Part shown: positions 1 to 9,963 of the stretch, one piece after another
Numbering within the stretch: the first letter of the stretch is position 1
How the letters are laid out: every line of letters starts with the position of its first letter
Source: an uncultured virus (IMG/VR IMGVR_UViG_3300013121_000015)
Lineage: Duplodnaviria > Heunggongvirae > Uroviricota > Caudoviricetes
Virus record (IMG/VR): IMGVR_UViG_3300013121_000015
Span: 62,001-126,000 of that record
Length of the DNA: 64,000 nucleotides
Direction: 5' to 3' (one strand)
The notes under the pieces: generated by a model
The model's database searches: none
The model's input: only the letters and a program-made list of their open reading frames with translations
What the model was told of the DNA's origin: nothing
Program-made: the position numbers and the translations under genes

Positions 1-1374
1 GAGCCTCTGTTCCAGGCGACCCCGACGCCTCGTCGGTTCCCGGTCGGGACCTACATCGCTCGATATGCGGCGGACATCTTCGGGATGCTGGTGATCGACG
101 AAGCGCACGAATTTTCTAGCGAGCATTCAGCTCAGGGCATCGTGGCCACGCGCCTCGCCCAGATGGCACAGAAGCGCGGGATCCCCGTGCTCTACATGAC
201 CGGCTCCCTGGTCAACGGGTACGCGGACAGCGCCTTCCACGCGCTCCGGGCGGTGTCGCCCAAATTCCGGGCCGAGTTCGGCCACGGGGACCGCGAGCGG
301 TTCGTGGATCAGTACGGGCTGCGCAAGCGGGTGCTGGTGTACGAGACCGACAAGGGCGGGTCGGTCGCCCGTGGCGCGCACTCCGAACGCGTCCTGTCCG
401 GCGTGAAGAAGGCGGGGATGGCCCCCGGCGTGATCCCGGTTTTGTTGCTGGACCACCTGCTCGGGTCGAGCGCGATCATCCACAAGGCGGACCTGGACAT
501 CGGACTACCCGGCCAGTCCGAGGAGACCGCGCGGATCGACCTGACCCCGGCGCTGGCGGCGAACCTGGACGGGCTGCTGGAGACCGTGAAGAAGGCGATC
601 CGGGAGACCCGGTTCGTCAAGGGCTGCGCCGGCAAGCTGTTCGGCGCGGTGACGAAGCTGCTGTCCTACCCGGACGTCGCGGCGTGCGGGGACTACGAGG
701 TCCGCTGGCCCGAGGCCGTCCCGAGCACGGTCACGCGGTCCTTCACCGTGGAGCCCGGCGGGCTGGTCGCACGCGTCCCTCGCCTGGACCCGACGGTCCT
801 GCTGCCCAAGGAAGCGTGGTTGCTGGACCTGCTGCGCGACGAGGGCGCGGACCGGCGCGGCGTGATGGTCCTGCCGGCGCACGTCGAGCTCCTGGACCGG
901 CTGGCCTGGATCTGCGATCAGGCGGGGATCGAGCCCGTCGTGCTCCGGTCGGAGAAGGTGCCACCGGCGAAGCGCGAAGCCTGGATCGACCGGCACTTGA
1001 ACCGGAAGGCGCGGCGCGTCCTGATCGTGAACCCGACGTGCGTCCAGACGGGGCTCAACAACCTCGTGTCGCTGGCAACGTCGGTCTGGTACGAGAACCC
1101 GGAGTGCAAGCCCATCGTGTACCGGCAGGCGAACGGGCGCATCCACCGTCCCGGACAAGTCCTGCCGGTCCGGAGCGTGTTTCCGTTGTACGGGCACAAG
1201 CTGCCCGAGGCGGGCCACAAGCTGTTGCTGCACAAGGTCGGCGTGTCGCTCGCGGTGGACGGGCTCGACCCCGACGCGGTCCTGGAGGCAGCGGGCGTGG
1301 CCAGCGAGTTCAGCGCCGGGCTGAACGTGGGGCAGCAGCTCTACCGGATGCTGGTCGAGGCGGCGGGGGAGTGA
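1..1374 (+). CDS. SF2 (SNF2/DEAH-like) helicase, C-terminal part; gene starts before the window
   Basis: Frame open from base 1; LVIDEAHE (motif II), MTGS (III), VQTGLN (V), YRQANGRIHRPGQ (VI). Confidence 0.85.
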   Translation, partial: EPLFQATPTPRRFPVGTYIARYAADIFGMLVIDEAHEFSSEHSAQGIVATRLAQMAQKRGIPVLYMTGSLVNGYADSAFHALRAVSPKFRAEFGHGDRERFVDQYGLRKRVLVYETDKGGSVARGAHSERVLSGVKKAGMAPGVIPVLLLDHLLGSSAIIHKADLDIGLPGQSEETARIDLTPALAANLDGLLETVKKAIRETRFVKGCAGKLFGAVTKLLSYPDVAACGDYEVRWPEAVPSTVTRSFTVEPGGLVARVPRLDPTVLLPKEAWLLDLLRDEGADRRGVMVLPAHVELLDRLAWICDQAGIEPVVLRSEKVPPAKREAWIDRHLNRKARRVLIVNPTCVQTGLNNLVSLATSVWYENPECKPIVYRQANGRIHRPGQVLPVRSVFPLYGHKLPEAGHKLLLHKVGVSLAVDGLDPDAVLEAAGVASEFSAGLNVGQQLYRMLVEAAGE

Positions 1375-1379
1375 TCCTG

Positions 1380-1414
1380 AAACGAAACCGCCCGCCTGTG
1401 GTGGGGCGGGCGGC
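1380..1414 (-). terminator. Intrinsic terminator for the minus-strand gene 1437-2018
   Basis: CCGCCCGCC/GGCGGGCGG stem followed by TTTCGTTT on the minus strand, between convergent genes. Confidence 0.55.
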
Positions 1415-1436
1415 GTGTCTCGACCTGGGCCGAAGG

Positions 1437-2018
1437 TCAGCTCATCGACACCACGATCATGCTGTCCTGGCGCGCGCTGTCGGAGTCCGTCGCGCTGGCC
1501 TGACGGTCCATGTAGACGGCCAGGATCGCGTCGGCGGTCGTGTCGAAGCTGGTCGAGTCCAGGTAGTAGTGGAGCCAGGTGCCCGCCGCCCCGCTGGCAC
1601 CGTTGCGCATGGCGGCCCAGCCCACGATGGTCCCGCTGGCACCGACGGTCCGGAAGACGATCTCGAACTCGATCATCCAGTAGTCGTTGTCGGCCGGGTC
1701 GATGTTGCCGCTGGTGAAGATGGCCTGCGACCCGAGCTTGAGCGCCAGGGTGTGGTTCTCGGTGCCCGTGGTGGCGGTGTACTTGCCCCACGCGCGGCCC
1801 CGGATCACGGACCCAGCCTCGGGAGCGTTGGCCTTGACCGTGTAGTACTTGTCGAAGGCGGTGGCGTTCTCCTGCGCGCCGGTGATCGCGGTGCTGGCCG
1901 CGACCTGGGCGTACACGAGCGAACTGACGGACTTGAACCACGCCCAGACGCTGGCGGGCTTGAACAGGCCCTGGATCTTCTGGACGACGCTGAGCTTGGG
2001 GACGGACTGCGAGATCAT
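1437..2018 (-). CDS. Hypothetical beta-rich protein, possibly virion-associated
   Basis: AGGAG SD, protein-like composition; lone minus-strand gene in a plus-strand region. Confidence 0.6.
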   Translation of the reverse strand: MISQSVPKLSVVQKIQGLFKPASVWAWFKSVSSLVYAQVAASTAITGAQENATAFDKYYTVKANAPEAGSVIRGRAWGKYTATTGTENHTLALKLGSQAIFTSGNIDPADNDYWMIEFEIVFRTVGASGTIVGWAAMRNGASGAAGTWLHYYLDSTSFDTTADAILAVYMDRQASATDSDSARQDSMIVVSMS

Positions 2019-2134
2019 CGCGCTTCTCCTGGAGGGGTGGCGAACGGAAGGTGAGGTCTCCGAGCGCGGCGTATCCAGGGGTCAGGATCCGTCCACATGG
2101 GCTACCTCAGTAGACACCATGGCGGAGGTACGAG

Positions 2135-3085
2135 ATGCCAGCCACCGATATCGAGTGGGCCGACGACACGGAGAACGCCGCGAGCGGCTGTTCCGAGGCG
2201 GTGCTGCCCAGCGGCAAAATGGACCCCGCGTGCGTGAACTGCTACGCGCGCCTTCAGAGCGCCCGGTGCGGCGCCATGGGGATGGCGCTGTACGATGGCG
2301 TGGCCGAGCGAACGGGCAACACCGCGCGCTGGTCCGGTGTGTTCCGCTGGGATCGGGACATGCTGCGCCGGAAGTTCGACCGGATGAAGGGTGGACACCG
2401 GGTCTTCCCCGGGTCCATGACGGACCTGTGGCACCCCGACCATGACCCGGCGCTTCCCGTAGCGTTTGCCGAGGAGATCCGCCGGCTGGGCCAGCGCCCG
2501 CCCAAGAAGCGCCCCATCGTGATCACGCTGACGAAGCGCGCGGATCGGCTGCTGGCGTGGCAGCGCGAGCACTTCCCCGAGGGGCTGCCGGCGTGGGTGT
2601 GGCCAGGCGTGACGGCGGGCTGCCAGGAGGCGGCGGACCTGCGCGTGCCGGTGCTGCTCCAGGTCCGCGCGGCTGGGCCGAGAGTGGTCAGCGTGGAGCC
2701 GATGACGGGGCCGGTGACGCTCTTCGAGCCCGACACGACGGATCCGGGAGGACTCTCGGGGCCAGGGGTCGTCAGCGAGGGCGCGCGGGATCACGAGACG
2801 GGGGAGTGGAGCGGGGCAACCTACTCAGGCATAGGCTGGGTCATCGCAGGCGGCGAGTCCGGCCCCAAGGCCCGCCCGTCGCACCCGGACTGGTTCCGGT
2901 CGCTCCGGGATCAATGTGTCTCGGCGGGTGTCCCCTTCTTCTTCAAGCAGTGGGGTGAGTTCCTGCCGACTCCCGACATCTCCGAAGGAGACGCCGTGGT
3001 CAACGGCCTCCACATGACCCGCGTCGGCAAGCGCGCCGCCGGCCGTCTCCTCGACGGGCGCACCTGGGACGAGGTCCCCTCGTGA
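2135..3085 (+). CDS. DUF5131 / phage Gp37-Gp68 family (radical-SAM-like) protein
   Basis: TDIEWAD..GC..CVNCYA, SMTDLWH, LTKR, SVEPM, WVIAGGESGPKARPSHPDWFRSLRDQC..VPFFFKQWGE, GRLLDGRTWDEVP. Confidence 0.92.
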   Translation: MPATDIEWADDTENAASGCSEAVLPSGKMDPACVNCYARLQSARCGAMGMALYDGVAERTGNTARWSGVFRWDRDMLRRKFDRMKGGHRVFPGSMTDLWHPDHDPALPVAFAEEIRRLGQRPPKKRPIVITLTKRADRLLAWQREHFPEGLPAWVWPGVTAGCQEAADLRVPVLLQVRAAGPRVVSVEPMTGPVTLFEPDTTDPGGLSGPGVVSEGARDHETGEWSGATYSGIGWVIAGGESGPKARPSHPDWFRSLRDQCVSAGVPFFFKQWGEFLPTPDISEGDAVVNGLHMTRVGKRAAGRLLDGRTWDEVPS

Positions 3086-3270
3086 AGCACCGTCTCGACC
3101 GTCGTGGCTCTCCCCTGTGCGGCGCTCCTCCCCTGGACCCGTCCGGTGACGACCAGCCCTGTCCGGCGTGTCGGGACATCGCGGAGGACCACCCCTACCT
3201 GACGCTGACGGAGGAAGAGGCGCGCGCCTTCGCCGAGGGACTGGCCAGGTCCGGAGGGAGCAGGACGTAG
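3082..3270 (+). CDS. Small hypothetical protein with CxxC
   Basis: Start overlaps upstream stop (GTGA). Confidence 0.5.
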   Translation: MKHRLDRRGSPLCGAPPLDPSGDDQPCPACRDIAEDHPYLTLTEEEARAFAEGLARSGGSRT

Positions 3271-3306
3271 CGGTCGGAGTCCGGTCCCGAGCGGCTACCT
3301 CCAGGG

Positions 3307-3648
3307 ATGCAGCTCCGCGTCTACCGCAACCTGCGCCGCGCCGACTGGTCCATCCTGGACCCGCGCACGAACCGCGTGGTCGAGCACCGGTCCGCGCTGG
3401 TGCTGCTGGACGTGACCTTCCGCGTGTCCGAGGTGGTGCGCCAGCGCGTGATCCGGACCCAGCGCCGGACGGTCCACGCCTACGCCTGCGGGACCGTGGC
3501 GGACCTGCCCATCCGGGAAGGGGGCGACCGGCTGCACTACAACCCCTTCGAGGGCCCGCACTTCACCTGCGCTGGGCAGGTCGTGACGTGCGCGGACCGG
3601 ATCGACTTCCGACCAGACGGCGCGTTCCTGCACGCGAGGGCCGCATGA
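3307..3648 (+). CDS. Phage hypothetical protein, probably leaderless
   Basis: VYRNL..WSI..RTVHAY..YNPF pattern; ATG directly after the GGCTACCTCC motif with no SD. Confidence 0.7.
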   Translation: MQLRVYRNLRRADWSILDPRTNRVVEHRSALVLLDVTFRVSEVVRQRVIRTQRRTVHAYACGTVADLPIREGGDRLHYNPFEGPHFTCAGQVVTCADRIDFRPDGAFLHARAA

Positions 3649-4166
3649 AGAAGACCCACCCGATCCAGGGCTACCGCGTCTGTCGCGAGCTCCCGCGCGT
3701 GACCCCGACCGACCGCGACGTCACGGTCCGGCGCGAGGAGAACGGCGGGGGCGGGCACCACTACGTGACCGTGAACTGCCCCACGTCCTGGGACTCACCG
3801 ACCCTGCGCCTGACGCGAGGGTACTCGTCCCGACGGCGCACCCTCCAGGACGCGCGTCGGCTCCAGTCCGCCGACCGCCGCGTGCTCAAGTACGGGAAGG
3901 GCGGCTGGCGCGAGGAGCCGAACTGGTGGCGCGTTCAGATCAGACCAGACGCCGACGAGCGGCGCGCCGTGGTTGCCGTCCGCGAGTGGATCGGCCTCGG
4001 ACTGGCCGACGCGCGCCGGCTGGTCCGGACGTTGCAGACCCAGCCGAGCACGTTCCTGCGCGTTCCGCTGACCTACGCCGAGTCCCTGGCAGCGGAGACC
4101 GCCGACGAGCGCATCCGAGCCCTGCTGGCCGCGGTGGGCATCGCCGCCTGGAAGGACCCCCGATGA
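3645..4166 (+). CDS. Hypothetical protein with C-terminal bL12-CTD-like motif
   Basis: ATGA overlap; AVVAVREWIGLGLADARRLV. Confidence 0.5.
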   Translation: MKKTHPIQGYRVCRELPRVTPTDRDVTVRREENGGGGHHYVTVNCPTSWDSPTLRLTRGYSSRRRTLQDARRLQSADRRVLKYGKGGWREEPNWWRVQIRPDADERRAVVAVREWIGLGLADARRLVRTLQTQPSTFLRVPLTYAESLAAETADERIRALLAAVGIAAWKDPR

Positions 4167-5407
4167 AGCCCCGACAGCAGCTCAACCTGTTCGCGCCAGA
4201 GTCGGCCCGGAGTCAGATGACGGACTCCATCGACCTGACCCTGGCGTCCCTGGAGACCTACGGGGCCACCCACCGAACCTGGGTCGTCGCGTGGTCGGGC
4301 GGGAAGGACAGTACGTGCCTTGTCACGATGCTGGTCTGGCTCATCGTGTCCGGGCGACTCCGGGCACCAGAGCGGCTGATCGTCTGCTACGCCGACACGC
4401 GTCAGGAACTGCTGCCGCTGTACGAGGTCGCCTCCGACGTGATCCAGGATCTGGAGGACCGCGACATCGACGTCCGGCGCGTGATGGCGCCCCTGGACGA
4501 GCGGTTCCTGGTCTACATGCTTGGGTACGGCGTGCCCCCGCCCCACAACCGGTTCCGCTGGTGTACGGACAAGCTCAAGCTCCAGCCGATGGCCCGCATG
4601 ATGGCGCAGATCCGGGACGAGACGGGCGAGAAGCCCCTGCTGTTGCACGGGGTCCGGCGCGGCGAGTCCGAGGCGCGCGACCAGCGGATCACGGTGGCGT
4701 GCTCCCGAGACGACGCCGAGTGTGGTCAGGGGTGGTACGAGCAGACCCTGCCCGACGCGGTCGCCGACAAGCTGGGCCCGATCCTGCACTGGCGCCAGTG
4801 TCACGTATGGGAATGGCTGGATCTGTGGGCGCCCAAGCCCGAGTTCGGGGGCTGGGAGACCGCCCAGCTCGCGCAAGCCTACGGGCTGGAGCGCAACCAG
4901 ACGAAGGAGTCCGCGAGCGCCCGGACGGGTTGCGTCGGCTGCCCGCTGGTGACGGAGGACCGCGCCCTGAGCCGCGTGCTGCGCCAGCCCGCGTGGTCGT
5001 ACCTGAGCCCGCTGGCGGAGCTCAAGCCGCTCTACGGGAGGCTGCGCGAACCGGGACTGCGCCTGCGGAAGCCGCCTGGGGAGCGCACGGCCAGCGGCGC
5101 GCTGGTCTCCAAGCAGGAGCGCCTGGGCCCGCTGACGATGGACGCGCGACGGATGGCGCTCGACCGGGTGCTGGACGTCCAGGCGCGCGTGAACGACGCT
5201 GCCCGGCGGTTGCGCCGGCCGCGCATCGACCTGCTGAACGCCGAGGAAGAGGCCCGGATCCGGGACCTCATCGCGGCCAACACCTGGCCGAACAAGTGGG
5301 ACGGAACGGAGCCGGTGGGGACGGAGACTCTGATGGGGCTGTTCCGGCAGCCGGGATCCGACCTGGAGGACGAAGACGAGTCCGACGAGGTCGAGGCTAC
5401 CTCCTGA
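4163..5407 (+). CDS. PAPS reductase-fold protein, DndC-like
   Basis: VAWSGGKDS PP-loop, YADTRQE, GYGVPPP..FRWCTDKLKLQP, GVRRGES..R, ARTGCVGC. Confidence 0.88.
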   Translation: MKPRQQLNLFAPESARSQMTDSIDLTLASLETYGATHRTWVVAWSGGKDSTCLVTMLVWLIVSGRLRAPERLIVCYADTRQELLPLYEVASDVIQDLEDRDIDVRRVMAPLDERFLVYMLGYGVPPPHNRFRWCTDKLKLQPMARMMAQIRDETGEKPLLLHGVRRGESEARDQRITVACSRDDAECGQGWYEQTLPDAVADKLGPILHWRQCHVWEWLDLWAPKPEFGGWETAQLAQAYGLERNQTKESASARTGCVGCPLVTEDRALSRVLRQPAWSYLSPLAELKPLYGRLREPGLRLRKPPGERTASGALVSKQERLGPLTMDARRMALDRVLDVQARVNDAARRLRRPRIDLLNAEEEARIRDLIAANTWPNKWDGTEPVGTETLMGLFRQPGSDLEDEDESDEVEATS

Positions 5408-5421
5408 CGAGGAGGTGTCTC

Positions 5422-5631
5422 ATGTCGGAGTCCGCCTACCCGACCGACGCGACCGCCCTGCGCGAGCGGCTGATCCTGACCGAGCAGGCGCTGGCCCACG
5501 AACGCCAGCACAGTGCATTCCTGTTCGACCTGCTCCTGGGCCGGCGCGTCCCGGTCCAGCCCTGCCTCACGCTGCGGGCGCGGTGTAGCGCGTTCCTGGT
5601 CGAGATGCTGGCCGGTCCGGGACGGGGCTGA
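5422..5631 (+). CDS. Hypothetical protein
   Basis: GGAGGT SD after motif at 5395. Confidence 0.55.
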   Translation: MSESAYPTDATALRERLILTEQALAHERQHSAFLFDLLLGRRVPVQPCLTLRARCSAFLVEMLAGPGRG

Positions 5632-5660
5632 GCGCGGCTACCTCCAGCCAGGAGGGTTCC

Positions 5661-6101
5661 ATGTCCAAGTCCCACGCGTTCTCGGGTCTGCTCCGCGCCC
5701 CCGACGGGTCCGCCCACGTCACGCTCTACCGCGACGGGTTTTTGTCGATCTTCCTGCCCGCGTTCCCCTGGCTGGCGGACGTCGGCACGATCCCGGCCAC
5801 GGCGGACCTGGACCGCTGGGTCCAGCGCGTGCTCGCGCAGGGCGTCGAGGCGGCGTCCATCCTCCCGGGCGTACCCTTCCCGATGACGGTCCACGCGCGG
5901 CTGGTCGAGGTCGGCGCGGACGGTCGCCTGCGCACCCACCAGGAGTTGCACGGCATGGCCCAGCAGCCGTGGGCTGGCCTGCTGATGGCGCTCTACCACC
6001 GCTTCCGTGGCGACCCGACCGCCCCCATGCTCCCGGCCGGGTACACCTTCACGCCCGCCGTGAGCACGGCGATCACGAGGTCGCAGGCGGCGGAATGCTG
6101 A
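5661..6101 (+). CDS. Hypothetical protein
   Basis: GGAGG SD after motif at 5636. Confidence 0.65.
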   Translation: MSKSHAFSGLLRAPDGSAHVTLYRDGFLSIFLPAFPWLADVGTIPATADLDRWVQRVLAQGVEAASILPGVPFPMTVHARLVEVGADGRLRTHQELHGMAQQPWAGLLMALYHRFRGDPTAPMLPAGYTFTPAVSTAITRSQAAEC

Positions 6102-6129
6102 TCGGTCAGACCGTGCTTGCGCGTGTAGT

Positions 6130-6147
6130 GTCTACCGTGGTAGACAT
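6130..6147. promoter_or_regulatory. Palindrome GTCTACCGTGGTAGAC(AT), operator-like; identical copy at 58147
   Basis: 7-bp inverted arms; intergenic; 18-bp exact second copy. Confidence 0.55.
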
Positions 6148-6153
6148 ATACGT

Positions 6154-6543
6154 GTGAGCGCGCCGGACGGTGCGCCGAGGAGGTGGCATGACCCCAGCGC
6201 TCTGGTGCGCCATCCTCGCCCGTTGCGAGCGCATCTTGGCGGCATCCACGGACCCGATATGCGCGTCCTACTTCCGTGGGATCCGCGCGTTGGGGGACGC
6301 GTGATCGCCCCCTCCCTCGACATCGCGCTCCTGAACGCCCAGGAAGTCCTGGACCAGCCCGCCATCCGGGCGGACCTGGAGCGCCTGCTGGACGCCGGGC
6401 TGCCCCTGATCAACGCCGAGGGCCAGCCGACGCGACACGACCTGTGCGAAATCCTGCTGGTCCTGGACAAGCCCGGGATGGTGGACTGGCTCCGACCCCG
6501 CCTCGCCCGGACCGTGGCGCACTACGACCGGGGCCAGCCGTGA
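6154..6543 (+). CDS. Hypothetical protein (start uncertain)
   Basis: Stop overlaps the next GTG. Confidence 0.5.
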   Translation: MSAPDGAPRRWHDPSALVRHPRPLRAHLGGIHGPDMRVLLPWDPRVGGRVIAPSLDIALLNAQEVLDQPAIRADLERLLDAGLPLINAEGQPTRHDLCEILLVLDKPGMVDWLRPRLARTVAHYDRGQP

Positions 6544-7061
6544 GCCTGTTCCGCACGTCCATAGTGGTCCTGGACACAGAGACCACCGGCCTACCGAACG
6601 ACCGTGACGCCCGGGTCTGGGAGTTCGGCGCCGTGCTCCTGGACCCGTCCGGACGTGAGGTGCGGCACCTGGAGGTCCGGGGCTGCCCCGAGGTCTGGCA
6701 CGACCGCATGGCCCACGTCGTCCAGATGGGCGGGTTCACGGCCATGGAGCTGCACGCCCTGCCGACGTTCGGGCGGTACCGGCGTGAGGTCCTGGCCTGG
6801 ATGGGCGCCGCGCTCGCCCAGGGCGCCCGGATCACGTCCTACGGGACGCGCTTCGACAGCACCATGCTGGAGCGGTCCGGGCTGGCGTGGCCCGACGCCT
6901 GCTGGACGCGCTGCATCCTGGACACGCTGGGCGGACAGCCCCTGTGGGCCGCTGCGCGTCGCTGGGGCGTGGAGCGGGTCCAGCCAGAGCACCGGGCGCT
7001 CTCGGACGCCAGGACGGCCGCGGGCGTGATGGTGGCGGTCCAGCGGGCGAGGATGCAGTGA
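6540..7061 (+). CDS. DEDDh 3'-5' exonuclease (DnaQ-like)
   Basis: VVLDTETTGL (ExoI), RFDSTML (ExoII), HRALSDA (ExoIII). Confidence 0.9.
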   Translation: MSLFRTSIVVLDTETTGLPNDRDARVWEFGAVLLDPSGREVRHLEVRGCPEVWHDRMAHVVQMGGFTAMELHALPTFGRYRREVLAWMGAALAQGARITSYGTRFDSTMLERSGLAWPDACWTRCILDTLGGQPLWAAARRWGVERVQPEHRALSDARTAAGVMVAVQRARMQ

Positions 7062-8167
7062 CCGCGCACCAGCACGCGCTGCCCTTCGTCCAGCCGACCC
7101 AGCGCGACCCGCTGGCGCCCCCGTGGCTGGACGTCCCGCCGCACCCCAGCGCCCGCCCGGACACGTCCAGCCTGCTCTCGCTGTCCAGCTACGCGCGGAT
7201 CGTGCTCATGTTCAGCTGGGGCAAGGACAGCGCCGCCATGGTGCTGCACACGCTGGACTGGATGGCGTCGGAGGGCGTGCCCCGAGACCGGCTGGAGCTG
7301 TGGCACCAGCTCGTCGATGGGGCGCCCGAGGACCCGACGTTCATGGACTGGCCGGTGACGCACGCGTACTGCGAGGCATTCGCGCACGCCCTGGACCTGC
7401 CGATCCGCTTCCAGTGGCGCGAGGGTGGGTTCCGACGCGAGATGGACCGGCAGGACAGCCCGACTGCGCCCGTCACGGCGGAGGACCAGGACGGATCCAG
7501 GGTGACGCGAGGTGGACACGGCCCGACCGGCACGCGGGGGCGCTTCCCGATGCCGAGCGGGGACCTGTCCGTGCGGTGGTGTAGCGCGGTCCTCAAGATC
7601 GACGTGGCCGCACGCGCCATCGCGAACGACCCACGGCCCGAGTTCCGGACCGGCCCGATCCTGGTCCTGACGGGCGAGCGCCGAGAAGAGGGCGGCAAGG
7701 GTGGGGCCCGGTCCAAGTACGCGACCACCGAGGCCCACCGGACCAGCACGAAGACCCGGCGTGTGGACCACCACCGGCCGATCCTGGGCTGGCCAGAGGG
7801 CCGGATCTGGGCGACCCTGCGCGCGCACGGGATCGTGCCGCACCCGGTCTACTTCGCTGGCTACGGCCGCGCGTCGTGTTCCATGTGCATCTTCGGAGGC
7901 CCGGACGAGTGGGCGACCGCCCGGGCGCTCATGCCTGACGCCTACGGGCTGGTCCAGGAGCGCGAGCGGACGAGCGGCTACACCATCCACCGTACCTCGT
8001 CCGTAGACGCCCTGGCCGACGACGGCACGCCCCTGTGCGACGTGACCGAGATGGACCAGCACCGGCGGGCCCTGCTGAGCCGGACCTACGCCGGGCCGAT
8101 CCTGTGCGACCCTGGAGACTGGCGGCTACCGTCTGGGGCGTTCAGACATGGAGGGGGACCGACATGA
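7058..8167 (+). CDS. PAPS reductase-fold protein
   Basis: FSWGKDS, VRWCSAVLKID, TGERREE, HPVYFAGYGRASCSMCIF. Confidence 0.88.
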   Translation: MTAHQHALPFVQPTQRDPLAPPWLDVPPHPSARPDTSSLLSLSSYARIVLMFSWGKDSAAMVLHTLDWMASEGVPRDRLELWHQLVDGAPEDPTFMDWPVTHAYCEAFAHALDLPIRFQWREGGFRREMDRQDSPTAPVTAEDQDGSRVTRGGHGPTGTRGRFPMPSGDLSVRWCSAVLKIDVAARAIANDPRPEFRTGPILVLTGERREEGGKGGARSKYATTEAHRTSTKTRRVDHHRPILGWPEGRIWATLRAHGIVPHPVYFAGYGRASCSMCIFGGPDEWATARALMPDAYGLVQERERTSGYTIHRTSSVDALADDGTPLCDVTEMDQHRRALLSRTYAGPILCDPGDWRLPSGAFRHGGGPT

Positions 8168-8514
8168 GCCACGCATCCATTATCGTCCGCTTCTCGGACG
8201 GCCTGATCCTTCACGGCGAGATGAACAACACCGTGGACATCCTGGAGTCGCGCCTGTTCGCAACGGCAGACGAACGGGACGCGATGTGGAGGAAGCAGGA
8301 GCACAAGGACTGCACGTGTGGGCAGGCGTCTGAGAAGGCGTGCGTCTACGAGTTCGCCACCGATGTGCATTGGGAGGTCGCCGTCTGTCGCCGATGCATG
8401 GTCATTGTAGGCCCTTTCCATACGGACTGGTACGACCTGGATGGCAACGAGCAGATCCACGACGGTCCGCCAGACTGGTACGTCTCGACGGCGCCGACGG
8501 GGGAGTCCCCTTGA
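8164..8514 (+). CDS. Hypothetical Cys-containing protein
   Basis: GGAGG SD, ATGA overlap. Confidence 0.6.
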   Translation: MSHASIIVRFSDGLILHGEMNNTVDILESRLFATADERDAMWRKQEHKDCTCGQASEKACVYEFATDVHWEVAVCRRCMVIVGPFHTDWYDLDGNEQIHDGPPDWYVSTAPTGESP

Positions 8515-9029
8515 CCTACCGCATCGTCTTCACCGCCCAGGGGTACCGGTTGGCGCCCCCATCGGGCGAGCCCATCGGCCCCGCCCTCGCGGACCGGTCC
8601 GACGCGGAAGCCTTCCGCGCGTACCTGGCCGGCGCCGAGCCTACCCAGGCAGCCCTGGACGCCTGGAAGGCGACGCTGACCGCTGCCCGGGACGCGCGGG
8701 CCGCCTTCGCGTCCGAGCACGGTCTGGAGGTCTGCGAGGAGCACGGCGACCCGATCTACTACCGGCCCAGCGAGTGCGACCGGTCCGAGGGGAACTGCCC
8801 GTGGTGCTGGTCCGTAGAGTCCGACGAGATCGCCAGCTACGGCCACGCCGAGGCCAGCAAGTCGCTCCACGCGGCCCAGCGCAAGGTCGAGGCCCAGGCC
8901 GCGCGCGTGCCAGACCTGGAGCACGACCTACGCGCCACGAAGGAACGCGCCGAACGTCGGGAACTGGACTTGAACAGCAGGATCCGCGAACTGGAGCGGC
9001 AAGTAGAGGAACTGAGACGCACCCGGTAG
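8511..9029 (+). CDS. Hypothetical protein, Zn ribbon plus coiled coil
   Basis: TTGA overlap, CEEH..CPWC, heptad-rich C-terminus. Confidence 0.6.
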   Translation: MTYRIVFTAQGYRLAPPSGEPIGPALADRSDAEAFRAYLAGAEPTQAALDAWKATLTAARDARAAFASEHGLEVCEEHGDPIYYRPSECDRSEGNCPWCWSVESDEIASYGHAEASKSLHAAQRKVEAQAARVPDLEHDLRATKERAERRELDLNSRIRELERQVEELRRTR

Positions 9030-9048
9030 CGCGCGGCTACCTCCCAGC

Positions 9049-9963
9049 ATGACGACGCACCACGCTACCGCCGACACGCTGACCACCCCACCCCGGCTAC
9101 GCACTCGCCGAGACCAGGAGGACCGCGAGGCCGCCCGTGCGGCCAACGCGCTCGACGCTCAGGCGGAAGCGACGCTCCGGTCCGACCCCGTCCTGGACCA
9201 GCGGGCGACTGACGCCATCGCCGCGTTGAGCCCGCACACGAAGCTCCGGGGGCTGGCTCAGCACGCGCTACGGCGGCTCGCCCGGGAGCACGCCGCGACC
9301 CGTCCAGCGGCCAAGGAAGCCCGCGCCCTGCACGCGCAGGCGGACGCGCTGTACTGGCGCATGGTGCTGGGGTGGGAGCGCCGGATCACAACCGAGGCGT
9401 TCAAGCTCTCCCAGCGATGGTGGGTGGACGGACAGTGGTGGGATGGAGAAGAGGTCCGATCCCGCCTGCTCCTGTCCTGGTTCGAGGCGGCGCTGCGGTA
9501 CGATCCCGAACGGGACCGCGCGTACTGCCAGTTCGCGCACCACGGCGCCTGGGCGAAGTACCCCGAAGCGGGGATGCTGCGTCCGCTGGTCCGGGTCAAT
9601 CTGGGACTGCTCCGGTCCTACGTCCTGGTCTACCTGGAGGACGTGGCGCCCGACCCGGACCCGGACGGAGACGAGATCGACCTGCTCGACCGCGTGCTGG
9701 TAGACGACGCGCCGTCCCCGCTGGACGAGGTCTCCGACCGCCAGATCCTCGACCTCGTCCGGGACTGCCTGCCCGTCCTGTCGTCTCGGGAACGCTTCAT
9801 CCTGGACCAGCGGCACATGGAGGGCGACCTGACGCTACTCGACCTCGGGAAGCAGATGAGGCTGAGCCGGGAGCGGGTGCGGCAGATCGAGCGGGGTGCG
9901 ATCTGGAAGCTGAGGGACGCGCTGGACGCACGGGGGATCACTGGCCATGCCGCTCGGTCCTGA
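9049..9963 (+). CDS. Sigma-70-family RNA polymerase sigma factor
   Basis: Region-2-like EAALRYDPERDRAYCQFA; region 4 LSSRERFIL..TLLDLGKQMRLSRERVRQIERGAIWKLR. Confidence 0.85.
   Translation: MTTHHATADTLTTPPRLRTRRDQEDREAARAANALDAQAEATLRSDPVLDQRATDAIAALSPHTKLRGLAQHALRRLAREHAATRPAAKEARALHAQADALYWRMVLGWERRITTEAFKLSQRWWVDGQWWDGEEVRSRLLLSWFEAALRYDPERDRAYCQFAHHGAWAKYPEAGMLRPLVRVNLGLLRSYVLVYLEDVAPDPDPDGDEIDLLDRVLVDDAPSPLDEVSDRQILDLVRDCLPVLSSRERFILDQRHMEGDLTLLDLGKQMRLSRERVRQIERGAIWKLRDALDARGITGHAARS

Noticed and set aside
4163..5407. Complete Dnd phosphorothioation operon
   Set aside because: Only a DndC-like gene is present; no dndA/B/D/E neighbours recognised
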